A DNA stretch of 64,000 nucleotides, taken from contig CM119372.1 in assembly GCA_051294905.1 (NCBI GenBank), forward strand, positions 34,350,001 through 34,414,000. Direction: 5' to 3'. The translations under genes and the position numbers were made by a program. Position 1 is the first letter of the stretch, and every line of letters begins with the position of its first letter. The DNA is from Botryllus schlosseri (taxonomy: Eukaryota). Below, piece after piece: positions 38,701 to 49,340 of this stretch. A model generated the notes under the pieces. The model was not told the origin of the DNA. It saw nothing but the letters and a program-made list of their open reading frames with translations, and did not search any database.

Positions 38701-38816
38701 GTAGTGTCGAGTTATTTACTGTGTTCAGGATCTATTGATACCTACCCTGATTCGCCGTAAGTACGGTTTGCAGCAATCCGATGTCCTGTTGGCTGAGGTA
38801 GATAGGTGTCATTCAT
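11564..38816 (-). CDS. Class A (rhodopsin-like) orphan GPCR, 9 coding exons, 369 aa: complement(join(11564..11735,15803..15938,17812..17913,20054..20178,20246..20367,32518..32646,33097..33226,37412..37534,38746..38816))
   Basis: All 8 introns are GT-AG with compatible phases; 1110 nt open from ATG to stop; seven hydrophobic segments with N1.50 (GFAAN), D2.50 (SLCAGD), C3.25, R3.50, W4.50, ECL2 Cys, P5.50 and NPxxY (NPLCY); N-terminal NDT/NRT sequons; Ser/Thr-rich tail. Confidence 0.92.
12185..14422. mobile_element. hAT MITE in GPCR intron 8 carrying nested insertions
   Basis: TIR CAGTGCTTCCTAACC / GGTTCGGAAGCACTG; degenerate TSD gtctatta/gtctactg. Confidence 0.7.
13190..14101 (-). pseudogene. 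Second Chapaev3-like element fragment with transposase remnant
   Basis: Terminus ...TTGACCAGTG|TAA at 14101; broken frames LKIVLMHNGNTYSPVSIGHSTKMKE, QESGYTK*PC, NMSIKVHFLFSLLDIFPDHL..QGERFYQNIRTTKERYQGR; other end not found. Confidence 0.78.
15803..15938 (-). CDS. GPCR exon 8 (ECL3/TM7)
   Basis: tttcag| YRYLAALNVDTGFTRRDRWIYWNVAYTLLRASECVNPLCYNYAS |gtatgg. Confidence 0.93.
16560..17277. mobile_element. hAT MITE in GPCR intron 7
   Basis: TIR CAGGGCTGGCCAACC / GGTTGGCCGGCCCTG; perfect TSD TCCTTGAC; GGGCC subterminal repeats. Confidence 0.92.
17812..17913 (-). CDS. GPCR exon 7 (ICL3/TM6)
   Basis: gaacag| LTSSTARNQREKAALRQIAVIVLSYLIGHAMPI |gtaaag, phase 1-1. Confidence 0.9.
20054..20178 (-). 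CDS. GPCR exon 6 (TM5)
   Basis: gtttag| WIHLKRTYTTYTAPILQHIPTAAIIIFSVLIAYNLLLMRRVQ |gtatcg. Confidence 0.9.
20246..20367 (-). CDS. GPCR exon 5 (TM4/ECL2)
   Basis: aatag| VLSAVIWAESILSIFVIRMFMTGIEEGKGGARRCVIGYGT |gtagta; followed by a 67-nt intron. Confidence 0.9.
22227..24182. mobile_element. Non-autonomous hAT element, 1956 bp
   Basis: TIR CAGTGCTTTTCAACCT / AGGTTGAAAAGCACTG; perfect TSD CGTTAGAT; CATTCGCAC subterminal repeats. Confidence 0.92.
24620..25129. repeat. Tandem repeat, unit about 200 bp, 2.5-3 copies
   Basis: ttaaaactaacgcag recurs near 24643, 24845 and 25044 with colinear downstream sequence; the third unit resumes (cggaattac) after 26568. Confidence 0.85.
25130..26568. mobile_element. 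piggyBac-like non-autonomous element
   Basis: TTAA|CCCTATCTCCGCGG left end, CCGCGGGGAAAGGG right end (right TTAA degenerate); subterminal palindrome GGATCCTATAGGATCC; interrupts the third unit of the 200-bp repeat. Confidence 0.65.
25191..25273 (-). pseudogene. tRNA-like sequence (pseudo-tRNA or SINE head)
   Basis: ATCCGAG...TTCGGAT acceptor-like stem, A box TAGCTCAGTTGG, B box GGTTCAAGTCC; anticodon arm irregular. Confidence 0.65.
26780..31050. repeat. Mosaic of direct and inverted 100-420 bp modules
   Basis: 28021-28440 vs 28441-28860 tandem; about 30690-31046 and 27500-27650 are inverted copies; 28940-29053 vs 30264-30380 inverted; 26810-26910 vs 30545-30642 direct. Confidence 0.8.
31874..32291. 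mobile_element. hAT-type MITE, old
   Basis: AGTGGTTCCCGA / TTGGGAACCACTG ends with CGCCCC subterminal repeats; TSD not recognisable. Confidence 0.6.
32518..32646 (-). CDS. GPCR exon 4 (TM3/ICL2)
   Basis: ctttag| LSYSLTGLTETCTTHHILACCTIRLVAMKFPIVITKFTPTKAK |gtaagt, phase 0-0. Confidence 0.9.
33097..33226 (-). CDS. GPCR exon 3 (TM2 to C3.25)
   Basis: ctacag| SAFNFLLVSLCAGDILSSVNSVVVVYRKTYGLRVFNLPLAICK |gtataa. Confidence 0.93.
34075..35935. mobile_element. hAT MITE, nesting level 3, with internal duplication
   Basis: TIR CAGGGCCGTAAC / GTTACGGTCCTG; perfect TSD TCAATACC; aacagcacttcgtcag at 34084 and 34990. Confidence 0.9.
34348..34876. mobile_element. hAT MITE, nesting level 4
   Basis: TIR TAGGGCTGGGCA / TGCCCAGCCCTA; perfect TSD CTCTGCTC; same family as 44397-44886. 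Confidence 0.92.
36264..36952. mobile_element. hAT MITE (family of 16560-17277)
   Basis: Colinear with 16560-17277; perfect TSD ATATAGAC. Confidence 0.88.
37412..37534 (-). CDS. GPCR exon 2 (TM1)
   Basis: tttag|T GGC...; GTFAEWEGIIIIVLTVLMAIFGFAANALTMLVIRSSVALK; donor gtaggt. Confidence 0.92.
37752..38318. mobile_element. MITE with GACTCG/CGAGTC arrays in GPCR intron 1
   Basis: Starts CAGTGTTGT; many GACTCG motifs; possible TSD gaatttca/ggatttca; right end degenerate. Confidence 0.6.
38746..38816 (-). CDS. GPCR coding exon 1 (MNDTYLPQPTGHRIAANRTYGES)
   Basis: ATG in aaacATG context; donor GG|gtaggt in phase 2 matches the next exon; two N-glycosylation sequons. Confidence 0.75.
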
Positions 38817-39299
38817 GTTTGAATATACGTCCAGTTTACTCAGTATTAAGGATTGACTGCCTTTCTGGCTAGAGCGTTACTGAACGGTACAACTATACAG
38901 GCGTCTTTCTGTAAGAACTATTATTGAATCCGAGTAAGATACCAGACTTCGAGCTATCACTCACATGCATCTGTAGCACATATTAGATATCGAATTACGA
39001 GCTTCATTTCCCTGCCTCAGAAATAATCTATCTTTAACACACTCAAAAGCGCGTGCAGATCGGCTAGTCCATAGTAATGCGGGTTCCCTGATGAAATGGA
39101 GTACCTCCAATCGTGGAAGAAAGTTTATTCTCAGATGTCACAGTAGAAGGATGCCGAAATATATAAATGCTACGATGTAGTTAAACTGACCATCCATAAA
39201 ACTTGACAGATAAGCAATGACTCTACCATTAGGTAACCAACAATTGCAATTGATCCATACGCACGGTACGACATGACGGTGACGAGTATTAAATACTAT

Positions 39300-39560
39300 A
39301 TATCGTAGTGGTACGTCTTACAGGTGCAACATCAATGAGTCGCGGGTGCAATTCCGACCGGGAACTGTTCCCGAGTCCCAACCTAACTATTTATCTTGTC
39401 ATCTCATACCTAGCCAATGAGCGATACCATCCAAACTCCTATAACTCAGCTCAGAAATCATAAAAAATATCTGCCGGCTGGTGTACAATTGCTATGGCCA
39501 ATGACCATAGGATGCATGTCGACAGACCTTGATTAGTAAAACAATAACACCATACGACAT
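39300..39560 (+). mobile_element. Possible degenerate tRNA-derived SINE
   Basis: A-box-like TCGTAGTGG at about 39303 and B-box-like GGTGCAATTCC at about 39346; boundaries approximate. Confidence 0.3.
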
Positions 39561-40779
39561 CAGGCCGTTGGTTTTCAAAGGCAGTCACAGGTTTTCGTTC
39601 CTTTTTTAAACCTTAAGCTACTTTTCGGGGTGCGCGATCCGTGGCATGTACTCTACAACAGGGATGCAAAATATACAACTTGTGATGCAATGCAGAGTGA
39701 ATGAAGCAATGCTAGTATTCTTCGGCCCATTTCAATCAGAAACTACAATTTTTATTGAGAAATACTTTCAAGTTATTTTCTTTCGAACATCTCGAATGTC
39801 CAACAAGTTCAAAAGTCACATTATGATCGTCCTGCTACAATGTAGAAACGTCACGATAGTCACCATCAACTAAAAGTACGTCACATTGACTCCTAATTCT
39901 GGAAAGAGCGAAAACTACACCCAGAGTGCAGAATTTTCAAAGAAAGTCCGACGGAAAGCTAGTTAGTCGCATAGGCAAAGACGCCAAAATTAAACTGTCG
40001 AATGAGGATTTTATAAGAATCAACCAAATCCGTTTACGGCTAAATCCCCCGTACTCCTTGTAACGCAGACGCAGTGCAAACATCGCATCAGGAATAAAGG
40101 AAAGGGGGATGAGATAGCTACCTTATATTGCCGTGACCATTAGTTTCCGAGCCGTCGTTTTAATGATTCATAACTGCGTTCAATTAGCTATATATCGCTA
40201 ATCTCATTGCATGCGAATAAACATTTTGCCAGAATAGAGGCATAATGATCCGTATTATTATATATTATGTAGGTCTATATCCATAATGATGGAGCGTACA
40301 ATCGAAAAATGGTATTGATTGTGGGATCATTTGACTTGTCGATATCGGGCTCAGGAGTGACCGGAAGATCTGTATCCTGCTCTACAGCCTAATCTCGTAT
40401 AAACTCACGCAACCATGAGTCTCGAAACTAGAATTTACGTCAGAAGTCTAACAAGGCAGTTTAATTGATGTGAATGATGCAAAGTAGATTTTGCTAAGGA
40501 GGCGTCAAATTGAACAAAAGGTAAGAACCATTGCTTTAGTCTATTCAGGCGACGTATCATTAAATTTTACGGCGGATTGACACTACTTTACAGACAGCTT
40601 TTCGCAATACCAAACTTGAAGTCACCAAACTATGTTGATCGGACCAAACACACCTATATCAGACGTTCAACAGCAACTACTATATACTCACAGCGCCTCA
40701 ATTCTGACCACACCTGTCAAAAATGCAGTGAAGCGGCATCCCCAAGGTGACGCCTCTCATTATCACGATGTCCGAATAC

Positions 40780-41205
40780 CAGAGATGAGCATGGATTAGG
40801 ATTAGGTTTTGAAAAAACAGGATTTGTGAAATTTTGTCGGATTTGGATTGGATTTGGATTAGACATTTTTTTCAGAACGGATTAGGATTTGGATTGGATT
40901 TACCTATTTTCTGGGAGATTGAAATGTCGTGTGGCGAGTGGCTACAAACTTTATTCAGATCAGTTAATAATGTACTTATGGTTACTAAGTTATCTTGAAT
41001 CAAGTAAATCGTTGGTTGTGAAAGAAAATTTTCGAATCCCTCCATTGCATAAATTAGTATTTTTTCTGAATTTCCAGTTTGAATTGGATTAGGATTGGAC
41101 ATGGACTTGAATGTGAAAAAGTCATGGATTAGGATTTGGATATGGATTTGAAGGTTCGGATTTGGATTGGATTAGGACATAGAAATTTCAAATCCGCTCA
41201 TCTCT
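40780..41205. mobile_element. MITE with GGATT(T/A) arrays
   Basis: TIR CAGAGATGAGC..GGAT / ATCCGCTCATCTCT; TSD not clear. Confidence 0.75.
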
Positions 41206-43544
41206 CATCTCTCAATGGTGATGGAGTTATGCACTGTAAATAATATACAGAGTTCTTCCAAAATCCCAGAAAGACTGGCGGCACGCCAGAGAATCCGAGA
41301 CGGCAGACAGTTTGGAAATCACTGCTATACACAAACTGACTCAAGTCTATAGTAGAGTCAACGAAGGATTGTAACTCGAGCCCAACTCGAGCCGAGTCAT
41401 GACACGAGTCATTTCAACCCAGGTATTATGAGCCCACCCTATGATTGGCAACGCTTATCAGTATAACTAACCATACCATATTGGGCCAATATGTCATGAT
41501 TCATATTCGACGATCATTTGCAAATATTCGTCTGCCTATTGCGAACTTATACGGCAGGTTTAATTTTATTCATTTTGTAACTTCGTTGAGTTTCGGAAAA
41601 GTGCTGCATTGCCTGATCAAACAATTCATGCCACAAAACTTCTATTCACTTTTTTCCCGAGCAATTTGAAATATCTCCCTGCGTATAATGCTGATAAACA
41701 GTGTATTTCTGTTTTTGACCTCGCAGCTGTTACCGACAAGGCCATACATCGAGAGCTCGCATCCGTGTTCAACAAGGTTTTATTGGATAGTGAAGAGAAG
41801 ACTCGTGGGGATAAACGTATGAGAAGATATTATTGTGATCTTGTTCACCATTGATAAACTGCAACAAATCTCAGTATCTAAATGCCAAATCAGCAACGGG
41901 CTGCAGAATTTGACCTGACGTACCACATGTGGCCACAAGTCGGTGATCCCTGATATAAGGTTTGACACTTGAAACCTTATCTTGCTAGCGATCGCTCAAC
42001 CCTGCTCCTCTGTTGAACTCTGACATTGCATGAAATTTCGCGCGACTTTGGTCGTATGTTGGAAACGGTAAAATGAGATTAGGCATTAAAGTAACGATCT
42101 TCCGGTGATACGTCAAGAATTTAAAACATTTAATACCATTTAATATTGTAATGAGCCTTTTCAAGATCTTTTGCCGAATCAATTCAGTTTTTTGTTTGTT
42201 TTCAAAGCGTTACGCGTCCATTGCAAATGATCTCGAAGACCATCGTACGGATGCCATCTGAGGCGCTATTGTGGCTTCAATCCCTAGCAAGCAGACATGG
42301 TTTGCTGATAAATAATGTGGGTCGACGAAAGAAATGTTATTCTTGCGCGTTAGGGAAGCCTTCATAAATGAAGTCGGCAAACTATTGTTTAGGCTGGAAG
42401 GCAAATCAATTTCCAACGAGGAATATGTGACGTTGTTCACATCAGTTTCGCGTTGTTTGATTATGAACATAGGTGAGACCTCTATGCTCCATCTTGTGTT
42501 GAACTAATACCAAAATACATAGCAATATAATATGCTGGAATAATATTGGAATAATATTATTACAATTATTGGAAATATATTGGAATAATATAGAGTCCAC
42601 TCTCCTTACCATGCGTTTACAGATAGCTTATAAACGCTTTGTAACTTGACATCAAGTCGCAACAAACTACAGATTCGACCTTCGACTACTTCAATCAACA
42701 CCATCCATGATACTTCATCCGAGATATTACCTAGTGTTGTCGCTTGAATTATACCTGAGAACCAACTAGTCCACATACTGTAGTTAGTACAGTAAAAGTG
42801 AAGATATGACGCCGAATTAGAATGTACTATATTGGAGCTGTCGATTTATGCGGTAGTTCAAAAGTATTGTGAAATCATACATGCTTGGAAAGTTTCCCAA
42901 CGCATGAGAAATCGTATCTATGCCATCGACTTTCTAATTGCCGCCAATCTCCAAATTGCAAGATGAATCTCCGGGAACACTACAGATTGACTGATACGGC
43001 TACCACAAATAAAGACTAAATAAGTCAGCATAGAGTAGGGGTACTAAACATTCATCAAATTCGGAACTATTCCGCCACGGACCACATTTTTCACCCTAAG
43101 AAATCTCACCTCACATGCATCGCGTACAACCAGCGTACACGTTGCGACGCCACAAGAAAGCGCAATGAACGGAGCAAGAATACGCCAGTGTGAATATATA
43201 AGTAACATATTTATTGCTAAAAACCGTAGTTGCAATTAATATTATTTTTCAGATTTCTTGACCCTGCAATTAATGGAAAGGCCAGGACATAATATAATTT
43301 ACGCATCAATGCAACGACAACTTGCATTCCAATACTTTTCTTCTAACAGCTATCCATTCAGCACTGGAAACGACGTCTTGGCTTTCGCGTCCGAACCGTT
43401 GTCCTGAACACAAAACGACTTGATCAACATATAAGTCGTGATACCCAGTAAGACTTCTGCTGCGTGACTTTAACACGTTCCTAAGTAACGTGCTTCCGCG
43501 GGCAGAGCTATAAAAGTGGGATTACAGATGTAACAGGTAATCAC

Positions 43545-44365
43545 TACGGCGATTTTTTTGACATGTCGAAATAAGCCAAAATTTGGTCAAAATTGTAGCG
43601 TGAGGTCAAAACATTGTCAAAATATTTTACAAGGTCAATTTTATTTTACAACCTGAATTTCGTTTTTATCGCAGATGTTTGCACTGTGGGTGAACTCATC
43701 ATTGATATTTTACAGCTTGAAACCCAATTTATTGGCCTACCGTTGTATACGGCCCATTGTCTGCTCATTGTGAATCATATACGGCCAAATGAAACAAACA
43801 TGTTGGCAAAGTGGTATGCTCAACGTATCGCAATATCCTAACTGAAGCAAGTCTGCGTGGGCAATGGGCATTGGTTTTTATATCACCAAGCGCATGATGA
43901 AAAATTGTGATGGAGACAAAATTGTTGCAACACGGTGTGTCACCAGCCGTGTACTGTACACACAACTTCAGTGTTGCCAGCCAACAATTGCTGCTGTTAA
44001 CGTTATTTTACCATTCTTGGCCGTTATATACTTAGTTAGGACAGACATTTGCTACCCGAGAATGTAGGAAAGTATCTTTCGTTGTACTACAACAAATTAT
44101 TTCAGATTAATGTAAAATAAATTTTTTTCATGTGAGAATTTGTCAGTTTTTAAGTAAAAAAAGTTAACTCAAGCCTAATTACTTCGTAATGACTGACAGT
44201 GCCGACCAGAAATGAAAAAAATTCTGATATTTTGTGGGAAACACCTAATTTATATACATGAGGTGGAAATTTCGTCAAAATTAAGTTTTTTAATGTCAAA
44301 AAAGTCAAAATATAGATTTTAAGGTCAAAATCTCCGTTTTTTATGTTTAAAAAATAATCGCCCTA
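43545..44365. mobile_element. hAT MITE
   Basis: TIR TACGGCGATTTTTT / AAAATAATCGCCCTA; perfect TSD GTAATCAC; GTCAAAA subterminal repeats. Confidence 0.85.
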
Positions 44366-44396
44366 GTAATCACTAATCACACCCCTTAGTCACGAG

Positions 44397-44886
44397 TAGG
44401 GCTGGGGAAAATCGAGTACCTGAGTAATTCGATTCTGAATCACGTATTGCGCTTCGGGTCGAGTCGAGTAATCGAGTATCACTCATTATGACGTCACAAC
44501 AGATTGTACTATGTCAAAGTTCAATTATGTACCTTTTACGTTACCACGAAGAACATAATGCCTGTTATCCGTCACATTTAAGATACTTTGATAGTTTTTG
44601 ACCATACTGGTTTCATTGCACTTCTTGACAATGTTGTGGTATGATCATGATTTCGAAAAAGTGTTAAATCGAGGAACATTCGTAGCTTTGTGCTATGTCT
44701 GGTATATGCTGCGACACGGCAAATCAAGGTTTCCTCAGTGGAAAAGAGTATCAAAACTATATTACTCGTTAGAAAATTAATAATAATCTCAGTACTCAAA
44801 AAAATCGTTTTTTACTACTCGACTCGAATCATTAAAATTATTACTCGATTCAGATTCGAGTAATCGAATCATTGTGCCCAGCCCTA
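44397..44886. mobile_element. hAT MITE (family of 34348-34876)
   Basis: TIR TAGGGCTGGG / CCCAGCCCTA; perfect TSD GTCACGAG. Confidence 0.92.
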
Positions 44887-46178
44887 GTCACGAGTGATTT
44901 ATGCGCAATTCTTCCTTTGCTATTCCTTCCGTTATTGCGAACCCATGACAACTTCGTCGACTCGGTGGTTTTAGAAATGTGTCAATGTTGACTCGATGGG
45001 TTAATAAGAATTCGCTCGCTCTGTTAAGTTCTTTCTACCACACGATCTCACGTACAGAGAGTAGCAACTATCCGATACGTTAGAGGTCATCGTGAAACGA
45101 CTAAATCAGTGTTTCCCAAACAATTTTAAAATACCGCCCACCTGGGACGCAAACCAGGTATCGAACGCTGCCTAACCCCTTACTGTCGACAAAAAGTTGT
45201 TTGATTCATAACACACTCACTATATTGTCGCGTATCCCTTTTGCGTTGATCTAATTTAATAACAGCCCCATATGTACGCCGTGTCTGGGTGACAGTTTCG
45301 TACGAATTATTTTACAGACACAAACAATGAAAGCAATCGTACAAGGCAACTTGACTTCCAAATCATCGTACATCGTTTCTGTGCGATATGCGAGCTTTAA
45401 ACTTATGATAAGTAGAGTACGGAAGATTCTTGATCAAACTCGTCAGAGTTCCTGTTTGAGATTTCACACTCATCTCGCGTCTTTGCATGCCATTTAAATA
45501 AAGAGTGATTCATTTACAGACCATACCCATTTAAATAAACAACTTACCGGTACTGTATTGGATATTATTGGAAATTCCTTATCAAATAACATGATTTTGA
45601 TCTCCTGGGTAATGATACGAATGCGAATCACTTCAAGGGGTAAAACGCCCACTAGCGGCGTTTTACCCCGCGTATAGGGTGGGCGTTTTAGCCACGAGCC
45701 TGCCTGACTTTCGAAACACTAACAAGGTGGTTATTTTGTGTATCTGACGATGAAATTACACTAAAATCACATCGAACATAGTAGGATCCTAAATAAAATA
45801 AGAAATATTCATTCGACGACCTCAATAGTTACGTTTCGTCCAGTTATATTACGGTTATTTTTGTAAGAAACAAGTCAAAAAGTAATATATCATCGTAAAA
45901 CTCACCAAGTTCTCTTTCAACTTCAGAAATTAAGGTGACAGCTCCGTCTGACCATTCGGCATACTTTAGGCTATTGTGACTCATTCAACAATCACTTTGT
46001 TTGGTAATAGCGATGGTGGGCGTCTTACCTCACAGGGGCGTTTTACCCCACTATACCCTAAGGTAGCAGTGTATAAATGGATGCAGGTGTGTTTCGCATG
46101 TTTGCCCCCCATAGATGAGCGAGTATTACTCAGGATTCTTCAAGATATGACAATGAACGTACCAGATAATATATTGTA

Positions 46179-46888
46179 AACTCTTAACGAAAAAAGTGCG
46201 AATTCACACATGTGTACCACCCCTGATATACGGGTGTGAATCTACACATGAACCAGAACCAAGCCCAGACTGAAACCATGGTATCACCCATACACAGCAT
46301 TTTAACCCGATCGTTGCTTGCACGTAAGGGTTGCATTTAAAACAAACGGTGTTTTAAATCACTTTGTTTAAAAAATGTTTTAAACAGTGTTTTGCAAAAA
46401 ATGACTTTCTTAAAAAAAAATTTTTAAGCTGTAAAATTATGCCATAATTGGGTCAATACTTTACAAAAACATGTTGTATGAGTCTAAGGAAAATTACCGA
46501 CCGATTTAGCCCACGTATATCGATATGGAATGGTTGGTACCCTCAAAATAGTCGGTTCAACAGCAACAGTACATATATTTCGTCAAAGGAGCTATTTTTA
46601 CCCTATATATTCAATTGTCAATGTCAATCCACTATGGCGTCATAATTGAATATTCGTGACGTCATAGCTTTGCAAAAACTTGAAAAAACAATAAAAAAAA
46701 CATGTTTTAAATTAGGGCCTTGTTTTAAACATGTTTGTTTTAAATTGATTTTTGCTTTAAATGCAACCCTACATATAAGTGACGTTGGAACGTATGTAAC
46801 TGTGATATAATTCTGAGTTAGGTTATGTTTTTGTGCGCTACCAGCATTTGGGTGTGAATGTGAATGCACACTGTTTTCGCTGAGAGTG
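46179..46888. mobile_element. CACTCT-ended (EnSpm/CMC-like) MITE
   Basis: ta|aactcttaacgaaaaaagtg and cactgttttcgctgagagtg|ta ends; the same right end recurs at 51325-51363. Confidence 0.55.
46327..46770. mobile_element. MITE with TTTTAAA(C) subterminal repeats, nested in 46179-46888
   Basis: TIR AGGGTTGCATTTAAA / TTTAAATGCAACCCT. Confidence 0.85.
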
Positions 46889-47190
46889 TAATCGTTCATG
46901 ACGATTCGATAAGTTGATATTTATCCGTAGAGCTAATTAAATAGCGCCCAACGGTTTTTTTAATAATAGCGCAAGTTTTTGAAACTTTTGCAACTTTTTT
47001 TTACAGCTTCCGACAGCTTCCTAGATACTCGCAATCTATGTACAATGATGTTTTAAGCTGTCTGGAGAGATTTTATAGTGCAACTTTTTGCAATTTTTAT
47101 CTATTTTCCATACCAATTTTGACTGCAACTTTTATCAAATATTACGTCAAAATGTAAAGGAGTGATTTAAAAACATGCAAACTATTTCCA

Positions 47191-49340
47191 CACTGTAAAA
47201 AATAAAAACCTCGATTTACCGCGAAATGTTTGGAAGCACGGTAGCCAGACATTTCGTGGTAATCTAACATTACCGTCAGTCAATGCAAATTCAACTTACA
47301 CTCGTCCGGTAATCTCACTTTACACGCCAGACTGTAATGTTACAGTCCCCTCCGGGTATATCCAGTCTACATGTTCTCCTGTACATTTGAGACCGAGACC
47401 GCCTACCTACCTACCTAGCCTACATGCTGTCCCTGTAAATCAGGATACATACCAGCTTGTAAATTCACGTACATCCATACCTATCGCAAAGCAACCCGAT
47501 GCTAAAATATCGCAAAATTTTCTTCACACTCCCAAAACGACATTGGAACAAACTGTATATTCATTCATGATATCACGATGAAGTGGTAATCGATGGAAAA
47601 GTATTGCTGCTGGTGGTCTAATTCTTCTTTAGGAGACATGCAGTAAAAGTAACACGAGTGGTCGCAAGAAAAGGTGAATTAATTCCACCACCGGCGAGAC
47701 TTTCAATTGTTTCTTTTTCTCTTCCTCATTCCTTCTGTGTAACTAGCATCTCGCAGGTCCACTAAAAAGAATTCATGAGTAAGTCGCTATATAAAGCAAA
47801 TTTCCTAACCTAGACATGACATTATAAAGACTGCTAAGACAAATAGGCTAACAAAAATATAGGGTAACATGTTTTGAAGTACCGGTACTGGCACATTGTG
47901 TGATGAAGGCTCCGCCTTGCACATTATATAGCAGAGATTCATGACTTACTTTATCTAATGTATTGAAGCAAAAGGTTCCTCACCAATTCCACTCTGGATA
48001 TGAGGTGGCATGTGTGCCAAACAAATCGAGCAGTGGATGAAAACATCTCTATGCTATGGCCCGAAAATGACATAAACAAGCCAACAGTTTTAACTCCTCC
48101 GCGGCGGAGTATGTTGTGTCACAGGTCACTATATAAGTCGACTAGTATTCCAAAATAGAACAGAGAATGCGGAGAATGAAATATTTCAATCATGAAATCA
48201 AAGTGGTGCGCACATTGCACAGTCGCAGATATTCACGGTAACAAATACTATGTAGTACTGTACCTTTTACGATGCGTATCCCATTCAGCGTTCCTAGGAA
48301 TCTTCCACGATCGTGTCCACTTTCTTCAAGCACAACAAGCTTCGCTCCACCCTTTGCTCAAATCTCAATAATAGCCAGATAACGATACGACACTCAAAAG
48401 ATTTCAAAATAAGTGGTATTCATCCGCTGACATGCCACCGATAATATTTGCTGGCCACGTTATAATGTTTGACTTAGGTTATTTCTCTTTCATACAGAAA
48501 CATTTATCATTACATATAGTTTCTTCCTTTTCCATCTAATTTCGTATAAATTGATATTTATCCCAAGTGTTGTTCACTACTTACTGTACTTACTGAACGA
48601 GACGCTCCCTGTGATGTCACACAAAGTCACTCAACTATCATAGTTGAGTGACTTTGATGTCACAGTTGTGCGTTGGCTGTTTACTACGAATCTCAGAAAA
48701 CCAGTAACGCGTAACGGTAACCTATTGTAACCTATTACAGGTCGCCTTGTCCGCCATTAGCAAATGGTCAACTGAGCATGCGATGCTGATATTTCTAGTT
48801 TCCCGAACAATATTATACATCCTAAACTGATTTTCTAACTTATCAGCCGTATCCGTAACAACGAATGTAACCAGCGAGAACGGCCGTATAGCCATAGCCT
48901 TATAATAGAATATAATGGCTATGGTGCAAGTACATTAGCCACGATTGTCAGTTGTTTCTTGTACCCTAGTATGTACTATACTGAAATTGGTACTAGGGCC
49001 AACAATTTCCGTACGACAGACCCCAGTTTCGCGAACGAGGTTGAATCAAGTCAAATCACCACGAGAATGATATATCAGTAACATTCATTTCCACGCATAT
49101 ATTGGCTGCAGCGATTATGAAGCTAATCAATCTTCCCAATAGCCTGGTAAACTGCAGTTACGAGTAACTGTCAGTAATTTTGCGAAGAAATTCTGGTACC
49201 TTGACTTCACAGCTAAACTAAGGTAATATTACATATCAAAATGTGAAATTACAAGCTACGCACAGTTATTGGCTGCGACCGGTAATTCGTTGTAAAATTT
49301 ACAGAGATTTCCCAGTAAATCTACCAGATTTTTTACAGTG
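47191..49340. mobile_element. EnSpm/CACTA-like (CMC) non-autonomous element
   Basis: TIR CACTGTAAAAAAT / ATTTTTTACAGTG; 2-bp TSD CA; TTAC/GTAA subterminal motifs. Confidence 0.75.
48622..48656. mobile_element. 35-bp perfect palindrome with 8-bp TSD: probable P-element excision footprint
   Basis: ATGTCACA|CAAAGTCACTCAACTAT-C-ATAGTTGAGTGACTTTG|ATGTCACA. Confidence 0.7.

Noticed and set aside
40872..41102. NPNP-repeat ORF
   Set aside because: Translation of the GGATT subterminal repeats of a MITE
41609..42470. Possible degenerate recombinase or transposase fragments
   Set aside because: Short broken frames with no convincing catalytic motif by eye
43310..43403. Candidate last exon of the C2 gene (QRFGRESQDVVSSAEWIAVRRKVLECKLSLH*)
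   Set aside because: Has an acceptor and faint C2-tail resemblance, but I could not find the linking exons; not supportable
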